This document shows positions 12,528 through 26,300 of a stretch of DNA of 64,000 nucleotides, one piece after another. Where the stretch lies: NCBI GenBank assembly GCA_973895155.1, contig OZ316898.1, forward strand, positions 3,224,480 to 3,288,479. The letters are read 5' to 3'. Origin of the DNA: Marsupella aquatica. Its lineage: Eukaryota > Plantae > Marchantiophyta. Within the stretch, counting starts at the first letter, position 1, and each line of letters opens with the position of its first letter. The notes beneath the pieces were generated by a model. The model worked only from the letters and a program-made list of their open reading frames with translations, had not been told where the DNA came from and searched no databases. The position numbers and the translations under genes were made by a program.

Positions 12528-14472
12528 TAGTTGAACCTCTCCAATCCCACTCCCATTCATCAACAATCCGCCAATCTCAGTCTAGCCAGACCGTTATCAT
12601 CAGGGTCAGAATATATATCATTTCGCTTGTCGTCATCTCGATTCCCTGGCCTGGCCGCGAATATGTACATGATGTAATTAACCATCATTGATCGTAGCCA
12701 GCCGCCCCAAAATTCATCAGGGAACGTACAGCTGATCGATATCGATTGATCATTTTGGATATATCAAATCACAAATCTCAATCTCATTTGATTTGGACAG
12801 TAAATGTTGGTTGCAGTTTAGTGTTCATCTGCCCTTAGAACTTCGCACGAAGCGATAACTCCGACCTACAGCTGGTATTAGCCTGAACGCAGTGAAAGAA
12901 TAGCTAGTCTACTTTCGGGTACAGATGTACACTGCTAGCTCGGAGTGAGTTTCAACCCGATTTGACGCTGTACGCCATTTTCACAGGGATTCTTCCTTGC
13001 CCTCAGCGGGTAATCCATCGTGATAAAAAAATCCTATGTCTCAGAGTATCCTTGGTTCGTCAATTTCATCAATTGAGTATCAGAGGGTAATCTGTCTTTA
13101 GCTGTATATGCCCATGCATGCAAATCAGTTGTATAGATAAACCCGATGGTTTTGATCATTTGATTTAATTTGAACAAATGGATGTCCAGAACATCTAGCT
13201 TGTTTGTAACGCAAAACCTGGGCATGGCTGCTCATTCCTACTGGGAAAATTTTAACTTGGGATGCAATGAGAGGAATATAATCCACTTGAATATTAGAAT
13301 CCAAACTCCAAAGGTGACCTCAAACGTCACTCGCCGCCCAAAGTGATGATGAGTTCGTTGATCGGTGGCAAAGAGGCACTGCAAAATCGAATATTAATTT
13401 TGATGAGCTAGGGATTTCTGGATGATTTTTAGTCGGCCGGATGAGCTAGGGATTTCTTGATCAAACCTGTGTACATTACATGTTAGTTAGTTATACCTTT
13501 TCTGAATGGTCCTATTTCCCAATTCAATGATTGAAATGAAGTATTCTAGCTAGGTCTCTTTTGTCTGAAAAATACTTGCTCCTGTTTCCGAGTACGTTTA
13601 CAAAACTAGAGACATGAGATCAGACCTAAATATTGTACTCCCAAGTGATGTGAATCCCTGTTTCTCGAATCTTCCTAATCTGGCATGGGGAAGGTCAATG
13701 TCCGTGTACAGGCGTACTCCTAATGGGTAACCTATTTTCGAGTTGTCGGTCGGTCCTTTTCCCAGATTTGATCTGAAGGTGCCTTCGTACATTTCACATC
13801 ATGTCGGAATCATCCTTTTCTTGCCAAGCGCACTAATTCCGTAGACTACGTACTGAATTGCAGTCAGGAGATTTTCTGTTTGGTAGTTATTACCGTTGTT
13901 GCTGTATACCCTCGATGCATACTGAATGCCACATGCATGTTGAGAACGATCCTTTGGGTGATTGAAAGCGTCTTTGGTACGTAGTACAGTCACGTCTGGC
14001 AGGCAGTGAATTGCCAGAAACCTTGGAGTTGACAACGATGTTTTGAACGAGTCTGATCGTTAATTACGAAGATGGCGAGTCCCAGTATACATGACCACCA
14101 GTTGAGTAGTTCGTCTTTTATGGCTTTCAAGATTACACAAGTCCATATCCAATGTCGTTCATTACGTCTATTGCAACTCTCGAAAGAGTGTGTGAGCCTC
14201 TACCTAAGTACAGGATACTACAAAGGCGTTCAAGCAGACAGGCTACATTTTATCCTCTGCTATCTGAGCGCTTAAGAGTCTAGCTGCGTGACGGCTCTAG
14301 AGGATCGAGCTCAGTCATCATGTTAATAAAATCTCTGTTGATTAAATCGTACGTTGTTAGTGTTCTGCTGCCTTCATTTGAAGTTTAGAATCTAGCTTCA
14401 GACCTCAGAACGTACTTCCTTTGAGAGCAAGAAGCAATTAATTGATAAGCGTACAGGTGAACGGAGTGCAAA

Positions 14473-16368
14473 ATGGACCCCAGCGGAGTTCCTTGGACTC
14501 GTCAAAGACACGAAAGCCCAGGAGAAATCTGCTTTGATGCCATACACGAAGAGCAGTTCATTCTTGACGTCTCATCGGTAATCTTAATCTGGTCGACCCC
14601 CAAGTCGAGTGGTAACTACGATTAATGGAGTATAACTTACTCATCCAGATACTCATGCATCGAACTGGAATACTTGTTCGTTTTAATAAGTTGTTCATAT
14701 GCGTTGACAGCGATATAATATGTTTAGGTGAATTTCCGGAGATCTTTGATCAGGTACATGTATGCTTCATGTTTAGGGGAACACAGCTGATGATTGGAGA
14801 TAGCAGGCATCCAAGATCTGCTGTCTCTAGTTTTGTCGCGGTATTGGATTTCACCTGCTTTTGTTTGGACTTCAAAGGACTAAATTATAATTACTCTTGG
14901 CACTGTTGAAGGATGAAACTTGTTGGGCTGATTGCAGGGTCGGAAGAACAACAAATCTGAGCGTCGTTCCAATTATGATATACGGACAGATCTGGATGTC
15001 GTGCCAAGAGAAGCAACCTTTCATGACATTGTGCAGGGGAGGCCCGACGCGAGTCTGCTCAAAGCCAGTTTCGAAGGTCTTGTAAATGCAAATTTGAAGG
15101 TCAATGCAGACTTGAACGCTATCTTTCAAACACGGGAGTTGGAATTCCAGGAGCAGAAGCAATTGGTTTGTCAAGCACAGCGAGAGAACCAGACGCTCCG
15201 TGAGCTCCTGATCACCGAACGTAACAGTCGCACTACACAGGTCGTGGAGTTCCAGAAAACGATGTGTGTAATCAAAGATGAGATTGCACAGTTACGCCAA
15301 GACATGAACAATGTACCTGCTATTTGTGAGGATAGTATGGCAACCAACATAGAGATGGCAATTGGTCAGCTATTTCGTGATCACCAAGGACTAGATAAAG
15401 ATCTTCGCAAATGTCGCATCCAGCTCGAGTCCGCAACGCACAACGTCAATCTGAAGACCAATGAAAGTGAACAGTTGACGACAAACAATCTGTTACTCGA
15501 AGAAGCTAACAGTAAACTCAAGCTGAAAGTTGAAGAGATTCAGCTAGAGCTTTGTAAGGAAAAGGAAGGTCATCATGGATCCCACGGCGGTGGCTCGCCG
15601 ACGCCCTTGCTTTGCGAGACCATGGCGAAAGAAATGTTCTCTTCAATTGCTACATTCAGCATTTTGCTAACTGAATACAAAGATTCGTCTGGAAGCATCC
15701 CCGCCTACTCTTTGACTGTTGGTAGTGAGCTTTGGAAAAGAGTCCTCATCGCGCAAACCCATCACTGGACATACGTGTTGAAGAATATTATTTGCAATGG
15801 CCTGTTTAAAGACTTTGAGTATGAGACTTTTCTATCGTCCGATTCAAGCGTGTTGTTTCTGGATCAAGAGGAAAGAGTGAGCAAATGTTTGAAGTACTAT
15901 GAAAAAAGCAAAAACGCAGGGTCTTCGGAGAAGGCGCCTGCCTCTAATACACGAGGGGATAGACTTGATTTATTCTTTTGCCACTACTTCAGAAATCAGA
16001 TTCGTCTTTTACCGTCGGAAATTCGTCAGCACAGCATGGCTTTCAGAGATTATGATGAGCTCGTCAGATCTGTCCACAACAAAATACCAAAGTTAGAAAA
16101 CCCTGCTGACCGGCAACCTCCCCTGGTAACTAGCCTTATCATTGCGGCTAAAATGGTATGGGACTTTCACAAGCTCTGTTTGTCATTTGACCCTCCTGCG
16201 ACTATATTCAGAGTATCACCGGGAGATCCCTTTAATGCCGATTACATGGAGAGCATTGACACACCAGACCATAGCACTGTCCCAATAGTTGGCTGGATGG
16301 TTTTCCCTGGATTCCGTCTGCGGAAGTCTGTTATAAAATGTCAAGTCTATCTTTCGCTGAAGACTTGA
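14473..16368 (+). CDS. Coiled-coil protein with GIL1/IRKI-type C-terminal (GrpE-head-like) domain, copy B; exons 14473-14577 and 14938-16368, ~511 aa
   Basis: Long heptad-rich N-terminal half. The C-terminus WDFHKLCLSFDPPATIFRVSPGDPFNADYMES..VGWMVFPGFRLRKSVIKCQVYLS matches the plant GIL1/IRK-interacting protein C-terminal pattern. An ATG-bearing 35-codon exon (MDPSGVPWTRQ...) is conserved in copy C and joins via a phase-0 GT..CAG intron. Confidence 0.8.
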
Positions 16369-17895
16369 TATATATCGATCTTCCAATTTTATCTGTAGTC
16401 GAATACAAAGTACTATTCTGCAAGCTTTCTTGACATCAGTTCTAGTCAGTTACAGAGTATCTCACAGTACGCGCTTCTGTATACAACGACCTTAAAAGTT
16501 AGTCAGTCTTAGTTAGTATCAACTAATTAGACTTGGCAATTCCAAGATAAATTTTGTATTGTCCGCAGTTCCCATATATGCAAAGTACGTTCGCTTTCAC
16601 TGAGTGGGTATACTGTTCGACACCATTTTGTACGTATCAATCTTAAGACTTCCAGAAGTCCATAATAAGCATTCTCGCGTTTTGTTCGATCTCATTCAGC
16701 TTTCTGTATGCTGACTGAATCCTTATTCATGCATCCCGAACAATGATGTATTTCAGCAGTGAGACCATCAACCCCGCATCAACTGCATTACCCCGAGATA
16801 CGCACGCATTCATTCCTAAGCTGCCAACTATTTAGTTAGCAGTTTAGAACTTTACCTCTGTCTATATATTAATTTCCCATATATATCCAGGTTAAAATCG
16901 TTTGTTTGGTCTTCTTCCTTTCATTAGAGATAGTATGTTTCACCAGGTAGAGCAAGGCTGGACGACATGAGCAGCGCAGCAGAACTAGCTCGCCTAACAG
17001 ATTTACCAGCCACCTTGCAACTGCTCCAAGGCCGATGAAGGGGATCGAGAGGACTGATGATTTCAGGAAAGCTAGATCGAAAGCAAGAAAAAGATATATG
17101 CCTGGACCACGTAGCTAAGGCCACAGCCTCCAGATTCAAGGGTAATTGTAACGTGCGAGCAAACAGTAGAATTTTTGCTCGCACGGGCAAGATGTCACCT
17201 TGTATTGGGGCCCAAAAAAGGTCTGGAATATTCCTCGCTAGCATGGAGACCCTGTTCGATCAATAAATATAGACGGTTACCCATGGACGATTCTAGTCCC
17301 GTGAACGCAATAGATCAAAATGACATATCTTCAGGCCAGCGAAATCGCTAGTCTAATGATGCCAACACATTGAGCCACTCATACGAGGTACGGTCTCCAC
17401 GTACAGGCTTCCACATGTGAAAATTCCCACCCGAGGAAGAGTAATAACAAAAAAGTACTTCGCGATTCCCGCGTGAAAAGAATCAACGTGTCATTACTAC
17501 CGAGGAAAGGAGGATTAAGGCCGTTTGGACACTAATTAAGTCACTTGCAAGTGAACGGGACACTTACCGTTCGAACCAGACTCGAATCCAAGGCGTCGAA
17601 CCGTCCACTTAAACAAATCCGCTAGCCCAAAAACCACCAGTCTACCAAATCATTCTCCCGATCACTTCCACCGCGTCCGACTTGATCTCTTTCATTTGGA
17701 ACTGCTATCAGTGTTCCAAGTTCTCAACACTCTCCAGATCTAGTTCAGGTAAGCACGGGTCTATTCTTTGAGCTGTTTTAAGGGAAGAACTCTCCGACAA
17801 GGCATGATATTCATCGTATTCCACCGTGAATAATTTTTCCATTTGTTGAATCCTGTTCTCTTTAATCACTGTTTGGGTTTCGTAAGTGCAGAGAA

Positions 17896-18324
17896 ATGTC
17901 TGGTGTTCCAAGCAATCCTCCTCAGGGGAAATGGCGACTTGAGATCCGTCGTTACAACCCGGCGACAGATGGCCCGCTTGAAGATGACTCTCCTCCGAAG
18001 CAGAAACCCGATGCAGAGACTATGAAGGTCTCCTCAGGCAGCAGTGTCCCAACCGAACTCGGTCAATCTGTTGGATCGTCATCATCATTGAGGAGAACAC
18101 CTACTCCTCCAAAGTTAATTCCAGCAGCAAAGTCTCCACCGAAGCCAAAGGTGGATACCACACAGCGCGAGGTTGTATCGAAGAGGAAGAGGCTCGCAGA
18201 AGAGGATCAGTATTGGATTGACAGGGAGATCTATGACTACTGGACCGAGGAACGCCTCGCCTCTTCGGATTACGATTCTGAGTCAGACACTGACTCCGAT
18301 GCATGGAAGGCGTCCAGCCCCTGA
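17896..18324 (+). CDS. Small disordered ORF inside the MULE (142 aa; Pro/Ser-rich, KRKR basic motif, acidic tail), unknown function
   Basis: ATG-initiated open frame with protein-like low-complexity composition; no recognisable domain. Confidence 0.4.
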   Translation: MSGVPSNPPQGKWRLEIRRYNPATDGPLEDDSPPKQKPDAETMKVSSGSSVPTELGQSVGSSSSLRRTPTPPKLIPAAKSPPKPKVDTTQREVVSKRKRLAEEDQYWIDREIYDYWTEERLASSDYDSESDTDSDAWKASSP

Positions 18325-18947
18325 GGGTAGAGTCAGGTTGTGGATTTACTGAATTTTTTGTAGTTACAAGCGAACCGCATGTCCTCATGTACTTTCAATA
18401 TGTATGAGAAGTAAAGTTTGGGTGGTCCTTTCATTTCTATGTGTTTCTCTGGAATGCCATTTCGCACATAGTACTTTTATTTTGAAGTCACTGTTGGACC
18501 TTTCCCAGACTAGCGATATCGCTAGTATAGAACTGTGTTCATCTTTGATAATCAATTCGATGGAGTATTACCATAACAACTTCAGGGGAAACTTCCCTCC
18601 CTAAACCCTAAACATCCTGTCACATCCTGTCCTAAATTCCGTTGATCAGACTAGCGATCTCGCTAGCCAAAAACTGGCATCATTTTAATGATCAAACCGT
18701 GAACTCTAGAGAAACTTGTCGATAGGTTAACACGTATGAAAGTAGGATGTTTCTGTCAGGATGCAGCAGACTTCCTAAGACTAGAGAGATCGCTAACCGT
18801 AAACAGAAAACTCAAACACCATAAAAGTTACCATTGTGGACCTCGCTAACATTATGATTCACTCGGTGAAAACAAATTGATATTTGTGAAACCACAAACT
18901 CGAGTAATCCATCCCACCACCCTATAATTAGCATCTCCAATAAACGA

Positions 18948-21900
18948 CTAGTCCCCTATCTGTAACGGAATTAAACTCCTCACTTCCCCAACAGTCAGAA
19001 TTGGCTGTTTGACAAGGTCGTCCTTCTCTAGGTTGAGTGAAAACTTGTTTAAATACACCCACAGCAGATGTTTACAAGACATGTATGGTTTCCCTCGTGT
19101 ATGCCTCTTATAAAAGTCTTCACAAGAACACAAAGGGAAACAATAGATTTGCACCCAATATGTGTGCGGAACTTGTGAATCAGTCTCGTGAGTGGCGATC
19201 AAGTATCTCCAACCCCATCCATTTCTGGTAGTTACCTTCTCATTTCCGACAACTCTCATGTATTCTTGTGTAGCGGAAACGATGCGCTTGAGCAACTTTG
19301 GAGTATTGCTGAAACGCTGTCTTGCACCCTTACCATTTCGAGTTTTCAACCGACGGTCCACATTAGTTAGATCAATTCGTTCGGGGAATGAGTTAACATC
19401 AATTCGTAGGTTGACCCGATTGGGGGACGGGAACTCTCCAACTTGATTTGCATCCACATAGGAGAGTCCACTGATCTGGAATCCTAATCCCAGCAGAAAC
19501 TCTATCTCGGGATGGGAGAGGCAAGTCCCACGCTGAACCTTGAGCGACTCGGGTGGGGGGGGTAGTTGAGCTAGAGTTCTGCGTCCTCGGCTCTTGTGAC
19601 ACTTATTATTAGGACAGAAGTACAACAACTGGCGATGTGGAGACGATAATCGCAACCCGTGAATGGCGACTCCAACAATTCCCCCTTGCGCGGACTTACA
19701 TCCAGTCTCCTTGATGAGATTTCTACATTCATCTCTTCCAAAAACGCTTCGGTCAACCGACCCGTTGCAAACAGGTCCAGCACCTCTACCGCTCCGCCTG
19801 AGATGCCAGGTCCCATAAGGAACATCAACCTCTCGGATGGAAGGGATCCTTTGGGGGGCATCCCGATGGTCATCCCCGACATCACACTGAGGTTGAGTCC
19901 CCATCTTCACGGTATCATTGACATTACGACTTGCATCATCACCATCATCATCTGAAATATGGATAACTCCAGCAGAACAACGTCCGACAGGTGTTGCCGA
20001 AGTTGTATTATTTGCTACTTCTGGGTCCGCAGAAGTCTCCGAAACATTGACGAAGCGAAATTCAGGATAGAGATTACGCCTTTTTAGTCCTGAAGGAGAA
20101 GCTGTTGTGCGTGACACCTTGTCATGTCTGTGGGAGTCATTCTCGTGGATTACAGCTGAAGCTTTCCCTTTCCTCTTCGTGGATGTTGTTCGGAGATCGC
20201 CATGTAATGGAACTGTTCTATAGAATTCATACTTAGCTGAAGACTCAAGCAAAAGATTTGTTGCCTTTTCGTAAGCATCCATGGATCCCATAGCATCGGC
20301 GTTCCTATATGCTAATTCAAAAATGGTCGGCCCCTGGCCTCTGTGAACACCTTCACTTTAGGCAGTAAAAGCAGCAATTTGCCCCGCAGCACGATTCTGG
20401 TCCACCTCACATGCTTCAATCAATCCCACTAGTTTCTTCATTTGGCAGGATCTCATGGATGCATGGACTGATTCCGCTCCAGTACAATTTGGCATCAAGG
20501 CTGACTCCATTGCGGTTTGCGTCTGCAACAAAGTAGTCCCCAGTCAGACCTGATATGCTAGCGAGGTCGCTAGCAAAAACAATGACGTCAAAGATAAATG
20601 AAATTGGACACTTACAATGCGGATGAAGTTCCCCCACTGCCTCCACCTCACGACCCACCAAGATAACCATCCTTGGAGAGACTTCAATTTCCCAGCATAG
20701 CAGTTTCCTTCCTTCCACCAACGATGGATTTCGTCAGCAACACGGTAGGCCTGAACATATGTTGGTGCTGTTCTCAGCCTTTCCCACAGTTTATAGTGCT
20801 CTCGATGGCGACCTTCCCGAATACCCTCCAATGTGTGACGACGAAGAGATTGAGCAAAGTGAAAGGCGTCACTGTGCTCCTTCTGTGGGTGACGGACACC
20901 TCCAAAAAAAACATTTCGAATGGCGATCCATCCAGCCTCGGCATTATCGGCAATAAATCCTCCAATGAGTGGGTCATGCACATCATGATCAGAGGCAACT
21001 TCAATCATATATCTCCATGCGGTTTCAAGAGATAAGGACTCCTCCGCACGGAGCTCACAAGTGAAGATGGTACAAAGGGACCTGTAATTATGGTCGTACA
21101 CATGGGCGCTGAAAGTCAGCCACCCAGTGCTTATTCTCCGCATTACATCAGAACTGACCCATGCTCCTTCCAGCTCACCTCCACTCTTCATCTGCCTGAG
21201 AATATCGACACCAGAACCTGGGCCATTTGTACTCATTTTGAAGACATGAGCCCTATCGGTCTTGCTCCCCTGCCCAGGGAAAAGGTACCTCTGAACGTAA
21301 GGAAAATTATTCCGTGCTTGCATCTCACGAAGAGAATCCAACTCACCCTTTTTTGGGTTATCCATTTTCACACTCCGGAATATGGCCTGGAATTTCTCAA
21401 CAGTGGACACAACCTTCATCGATTCCCAAATCTCTCTCTCTTCTTCTTTTGATAGTTCTGAAGAAGACTCTGGATGCAAAAGAGAAACCAGGTTTCCTAT
21501 AGACTTGTTAAGAACACGCCCTGGCGTACACACGGGATTCGCTTTATGAACACCAGAAACTATCTCCTCCGCCTGCTTTTTTGCCAATCGAGATTTCCCC
21601 TTCCAAACAACGTGGTCATGGAAACCCATGTGAACAGCCAATCGAGACATATGTTTCGCAACATTTGACTCAAGAGACGGCTTAGGATAGACGTACAAAA
21701 GCTTAGCCGGACATTCACGGATGCAGAGAGGCCTCTCCTCACAGAATCCGCACACCAACCCTCCTTCCTCCACAAGCTCACCAAGATGAAACGGCTCAGT
21801 AAATTGTCCCTTTCCTCGGAAGGAAGAGTCATTTTTTGAACCGGTGTGCTTCAACTTTCTACAGACCAGATTTTGGCATTCAAGTACACCAGCACATCTG

Positions 21901-22661
21901 ACTTTTGACACAGACCAGTGATTGCGAGGTTTGAGATTAGCTGAAGTTGTGAGAAGTCTCGTCCATGGATAGCCGTCATTATCCCTATCCATGTCCTGAA
22001 GACCATATCCTCGACGAAATTGACCTTCCACCGGAGGAAGCTCAAAAACGCAGTTTCCGTTGTATGAAGTGGGCAAAGTCTGCACTTGAATCTCCTTCCA
22101 ATCGTTTCCCCTGCGGAAATTTGCCAACTCGCTTGACCCAGTAATATTGAGAAAGGCATCATATGCACTAACTCGATAAAGAACTGGCTGAGATTGAAAC
22201 TCGTTTTGACTCACTGCTTCAAAAACGGATTTCTCTGAAGACTTTGTCGACACAGAAGAGACATCCCTACCCACACTCTCAGGGGAGATGTCAATAATTT
22301 CTGGTACTGCAGGTGACGGGCGAGTCGGGGATTCTGGATCGGAAACATTGATATGTGCAATGTCATCCTTACATGAGACTAGCTCTACATCTGAACCACA
22401 CTTCAGGTCCCAAGCTCTTTCTGGCAATATTCCTGAACCATTATCCGACACCTCGTGACTTTTGGATCCATCCCGAGAGTAAAGAACGAACAACTTCCAG
22501 ATAAAATCATCTTTCAAAAGCCCAAACCTCGATGAGAGAAAAGACTCCTTGACAGAGATAATAGTATTCTCCGGAACATCCAGAACAACAACATCACCCG
22601 TTGTCTTTCTCTCGATCACAACCTTCGATCCCAATGAAGACATGCTGGAAGTTTTGGACAT
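18948..22661 (-). pseudogene. MULE-like DDE transposase with C-terminal SWIM zinc finger; exons 22661-20616 and 20522-18948, ~1206 codons, one in-frame TAA at 20360-20358
   Basis: Putative triad: WVSSDVMRRI (D), FIADNAEAGWIAIRNVF (D), DAFHFAQS (C/DxxH position), and MPNCTGAESVH (E, seen only after splicing the phase-0 intron 20615-20523). SWIM: CSCEDF..SCKHLLWVY. The N-terminal region is Cys/His-rich. Confidence 0.82.
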
Positions 22662-23336
22662 TACAGTCTACAGCAATCCACAATGTGAGATACTTCGCTC
22701 TCTTCTTTCTCCAAATACATATGAGGAAACGTGCTTGTGTAGGTGTTGGACTCAACGTATTTATTTAATAAATGCCTCTTATTCCCGTTATCTGACCGTT
22801 ATTTTGTCTTATATGACACTATTTGCGGAATGATAAAGCTAGCGATCTCGCTAGCTCAATGAACCAAGTAAAATTGTTCAAATCCTTACAAAACACCCTT
22901 CAGGAGTTCATGTATTTAGTGGTCATTTTTTGGCTAGCGATGTCGCTAGCAAAAATATTTCCTCATAAGAGACCATTGTGACCGTTTATATTCGTTGGAA
23001 TTGGTCAACGGGTACCTATATGTCAACGGTACGGTACAGTACTGGACACCTGTCTCATTGTCATTAGATACTTTTCTTTCAGTCGTGAGTTCGGTGGTTT
23101 GTATTTCCGGAAGTACATGTATACCTGACGGTGTCTGAAAAATGATTGCGAGAAGAGTCGTACAGAATATCTGTATCTCTTTTCACGACCGGGCGCAGCA
23201 TTCAGGTGAAAGCAATAGAAGAGGGTATGATTCTGTCTTTGATTGGAAGATCGATTCTCGGGGTTTTTTATGTTCGCAAAGCGTGTCGCCCTCGACCTTG
23301 ACCTGTTGATACCCTTATCACTTCACGGACCCCCTG

Positions 23337-26300
23337 ATGGAGCCATTGTCTTCACCCGAGAGCTTGTCATCAATAGGATCGTTCAAGTTAGTCGAGTCAA
23401 GCCGAAGGGAGACCAGGTCTACAGTGAACAAGAAGGCGCTCCAGGCGGGATTGAAAACACCGCGGAGGCCCAAGATGGTGAACCAAGTAGATGTTGTGAA
23501 TCCAACGTTTCAACCTGGAGCTTCAGAACCTTATTCTGTTGTCATCAATCGCCATCTTTTCCCTTTTGGAAATGACGAATTTGGATTCTCGCTCGCTCCT
23601 TCGAGGATTCCCCTTTGTAGAATGCGAAACATGCAGATCGTTCGGTCCTTGCAAACTAACTTGACTGCGATCGAGACACTCAAGAATGAATTCCGAACAC
23701 AAGGATACATCGAAGATGCGCCTCGATTTTACGTCCAAATGACCGGCGAAGATGGCCTTGTCCAGATGTGCGAGGATGTGATTCGGGGGTCGTGGGATGA
23801 CATGTGGATTCTTCAGAATGAAGAATTCGAGAGGGAATGTGATTCTCACGAAGCTTTCAAAATTTTGAAAGACAAAATGTTCTGTGTTTTCGATGGAAAT
23901 CATCGTCTGTACTCATGGATGCAGCTTGCGGACGAGAATCCCCATGATGTCAAATATCATCCTCGAGTTGTTTGCCGAATTTTCAAGGGTGACAAGAACT
24001 CATTCGTGCAGATTGAGTCGGCAATGCATGCGCTGAATAGGTTTGTTTCTTTTCCTTCAAGCTGTGAATTGTATATAAAATTCTTTCATTTCCTCTTGTT
24101 AGTGATCTCGCTGACCTGTTTCTTTTGTTCAGGTTGACTCAATGTCACGTTGAGAATTCTTGGGTCCTTGAAGCAGAGAGAGTCCACAAGGTTCTCAGTA
24201 ATGACCTTTCTGTATACAAAGATATCATCGATGCAGACAACTACAAACTTTTCCAGTAGAAGATGGCAAATATCAGGAAACCGGCTTGGTATTCGAAGAA
24301 CATGACACTCGATGCGTGCACGTACATTCTGTCTGCTGCTAATATTGCAGCGCAGACGGAAGATTTGAAGAAGAAGTTTCAGTTGAAAGAAGCGCAAGGA
24401 GAACCTCTTTCAAAAGCTGCGCAAGACATGGCAGTCAAAGACATGATGAAGGAGCAACTGGCAGATTGGAATGTGAAGGTGCCAAAGATTGGACCTCTCC
24501 TGAATCCTGAGTTTGGTGACTTTTTCCAGATGTGTGTTGAGATGCACAACTACTGCGAACATGAGAGGAAGGAGGCCCAACGAACAGACGATAAAGGAAG
24601 GGGTAATGTGTCATGTGGTCTCGATCGTGCGAGGCTATTTACGGGTGTCTCATCGTTGACTCCCCAGCTCAGATGTGTACTCCTCGAGGCACAATGCAGA
24701 CCTGAGCTTTGCAAGAAGTACTTCCACCCTGGTCAATTCTCGGACAGCGAAACAAAACTTTGGCTTCACCGATGGGCTGTATGGGAGCAGGTTGAGTCAA
24801 TTTGTTCTTTGCTCATGTCTGAGATTATTTCAGAGTTGATCCCAACTGTTCCAGATGCAAGGATCCTTACTTCGTCTGAGAAGACAAAGCCATTGCTGAT
24901 CCTTGACATAGAGGAGGACTTTGAAGATTTCCAAACGAGAGTGAAATCTCGTTTTTGCAAACAGATTTGGCCACCAAAGTCGGGTGAGAAGATTGACATC
25001 TCACTTTTTCGGAGGAGGGCGAAGAGATATACGTATCGTTTTTTTGTGGATAGAGAAGTTGCTGACAAAACATATTGGTGGTCCTATCCTGCTTGCTTCT
25101 CGCCTTGGATAGCAGGAGTGAAAGAGGATCCAACCTCTGTTAAATATGGAGAGTACTCGATGTACCCATGTGAGGGAGTGGAGGCTCCAAGGAAGATGAG
25201 TGAGTGGGAAGTCCTTCACTGTCCATGGTATTTAGAATCAGACAAATGGGCAGTGACATTTGACACAGCAGAGAAGGCAGCATTTCATATGATAAATCGA
25301 GGCTTGATACCAGAGTCGTACATTACAGAGTCCAAATTAGCTCCTGCAGAAGCCGAGGCTGGCGGATGTGATGCAATGGAGAAAGCTGTTCTTGGTGTAG
25401 CTGCCATTGTGGACCGGAGTAGATCGAGGAGACCTCGGAAAGTGCCGGTGAAGGACACGTCCAAAGATGGATCAGTCTTGTCTGGGAAGCAAAGTAAGTC
25501 TTTTTCTCCTCTTTTTTTCATACCTCATTTGGAGTAATTTTGTCTCAGTCACCTGTCTGACATTAACATGTTTTTCAGAGAAGAGAAAGGCTGCAGCCTC
25601 TGGCAGTTTGAAGAGTGGGGCGGATGATGGAGAAGAACCCAAGTCTCCTGATGTTGAGGTCACAACAAAATCTGCTGTGGACCTGGGTTCAATCAAGCGT
25701 TTAAAGAGGAAGCGCAATGTCCAAATTCTCTCCGACTCGGATGAGGAGGAAGCATGCGTCGCGCAAGGAGTAGCACGAATGTGTGGTCTTAAGAAGGACG
25801 GTGAGAGGCATTTCTTGGCGAAGAGCAATCTCACGGAAACTGCAAACTCAATTAGCCAGAGGAAAGTAAGACCTCCCTGGATGGGCGATGCGGATCAGTG
25901 GTTGTCTAGAATGAGCAAATCGAGCGAACACCCAAACGCCGTGATGATCAACGGAAAAAATTACGCTGGAATTGGTGCTCACTTGGGTTTCATATTCCTT
26001 CCCACGGGTCATCGAACAAGCGTCACAGACCGGGAGGTCCCGAAGTGGAATGTTTGGAGTGAGAAATTACCATATTATTTCTTTGGAGTCATGCGTCCGA
26101 TGCTTGCCGATGATGGTTATGTCGCAGTTCTTCACAGCTCTGACTATAACCATATGAGGCAAATTTTTTCTGTAGTCGAACAGAAGAACAAATTTAAACA
26201 TGTCCGGCAGTATTCGGTTTTGCTTTCATCTCCTTTGTATCAGGCAGATATGGACATCGAGGTAAGATATCCTCCATATTTTTTGTGCAATTTTTGCTAG

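Noticed and set aside
13598-14035. Short ORFs in the conserved Hsp70-partner spacer as a third gene of the module
   Set aside because: The paralogous spacer (~33880-34290) is similar in DNA but the reading frames are not preserved.
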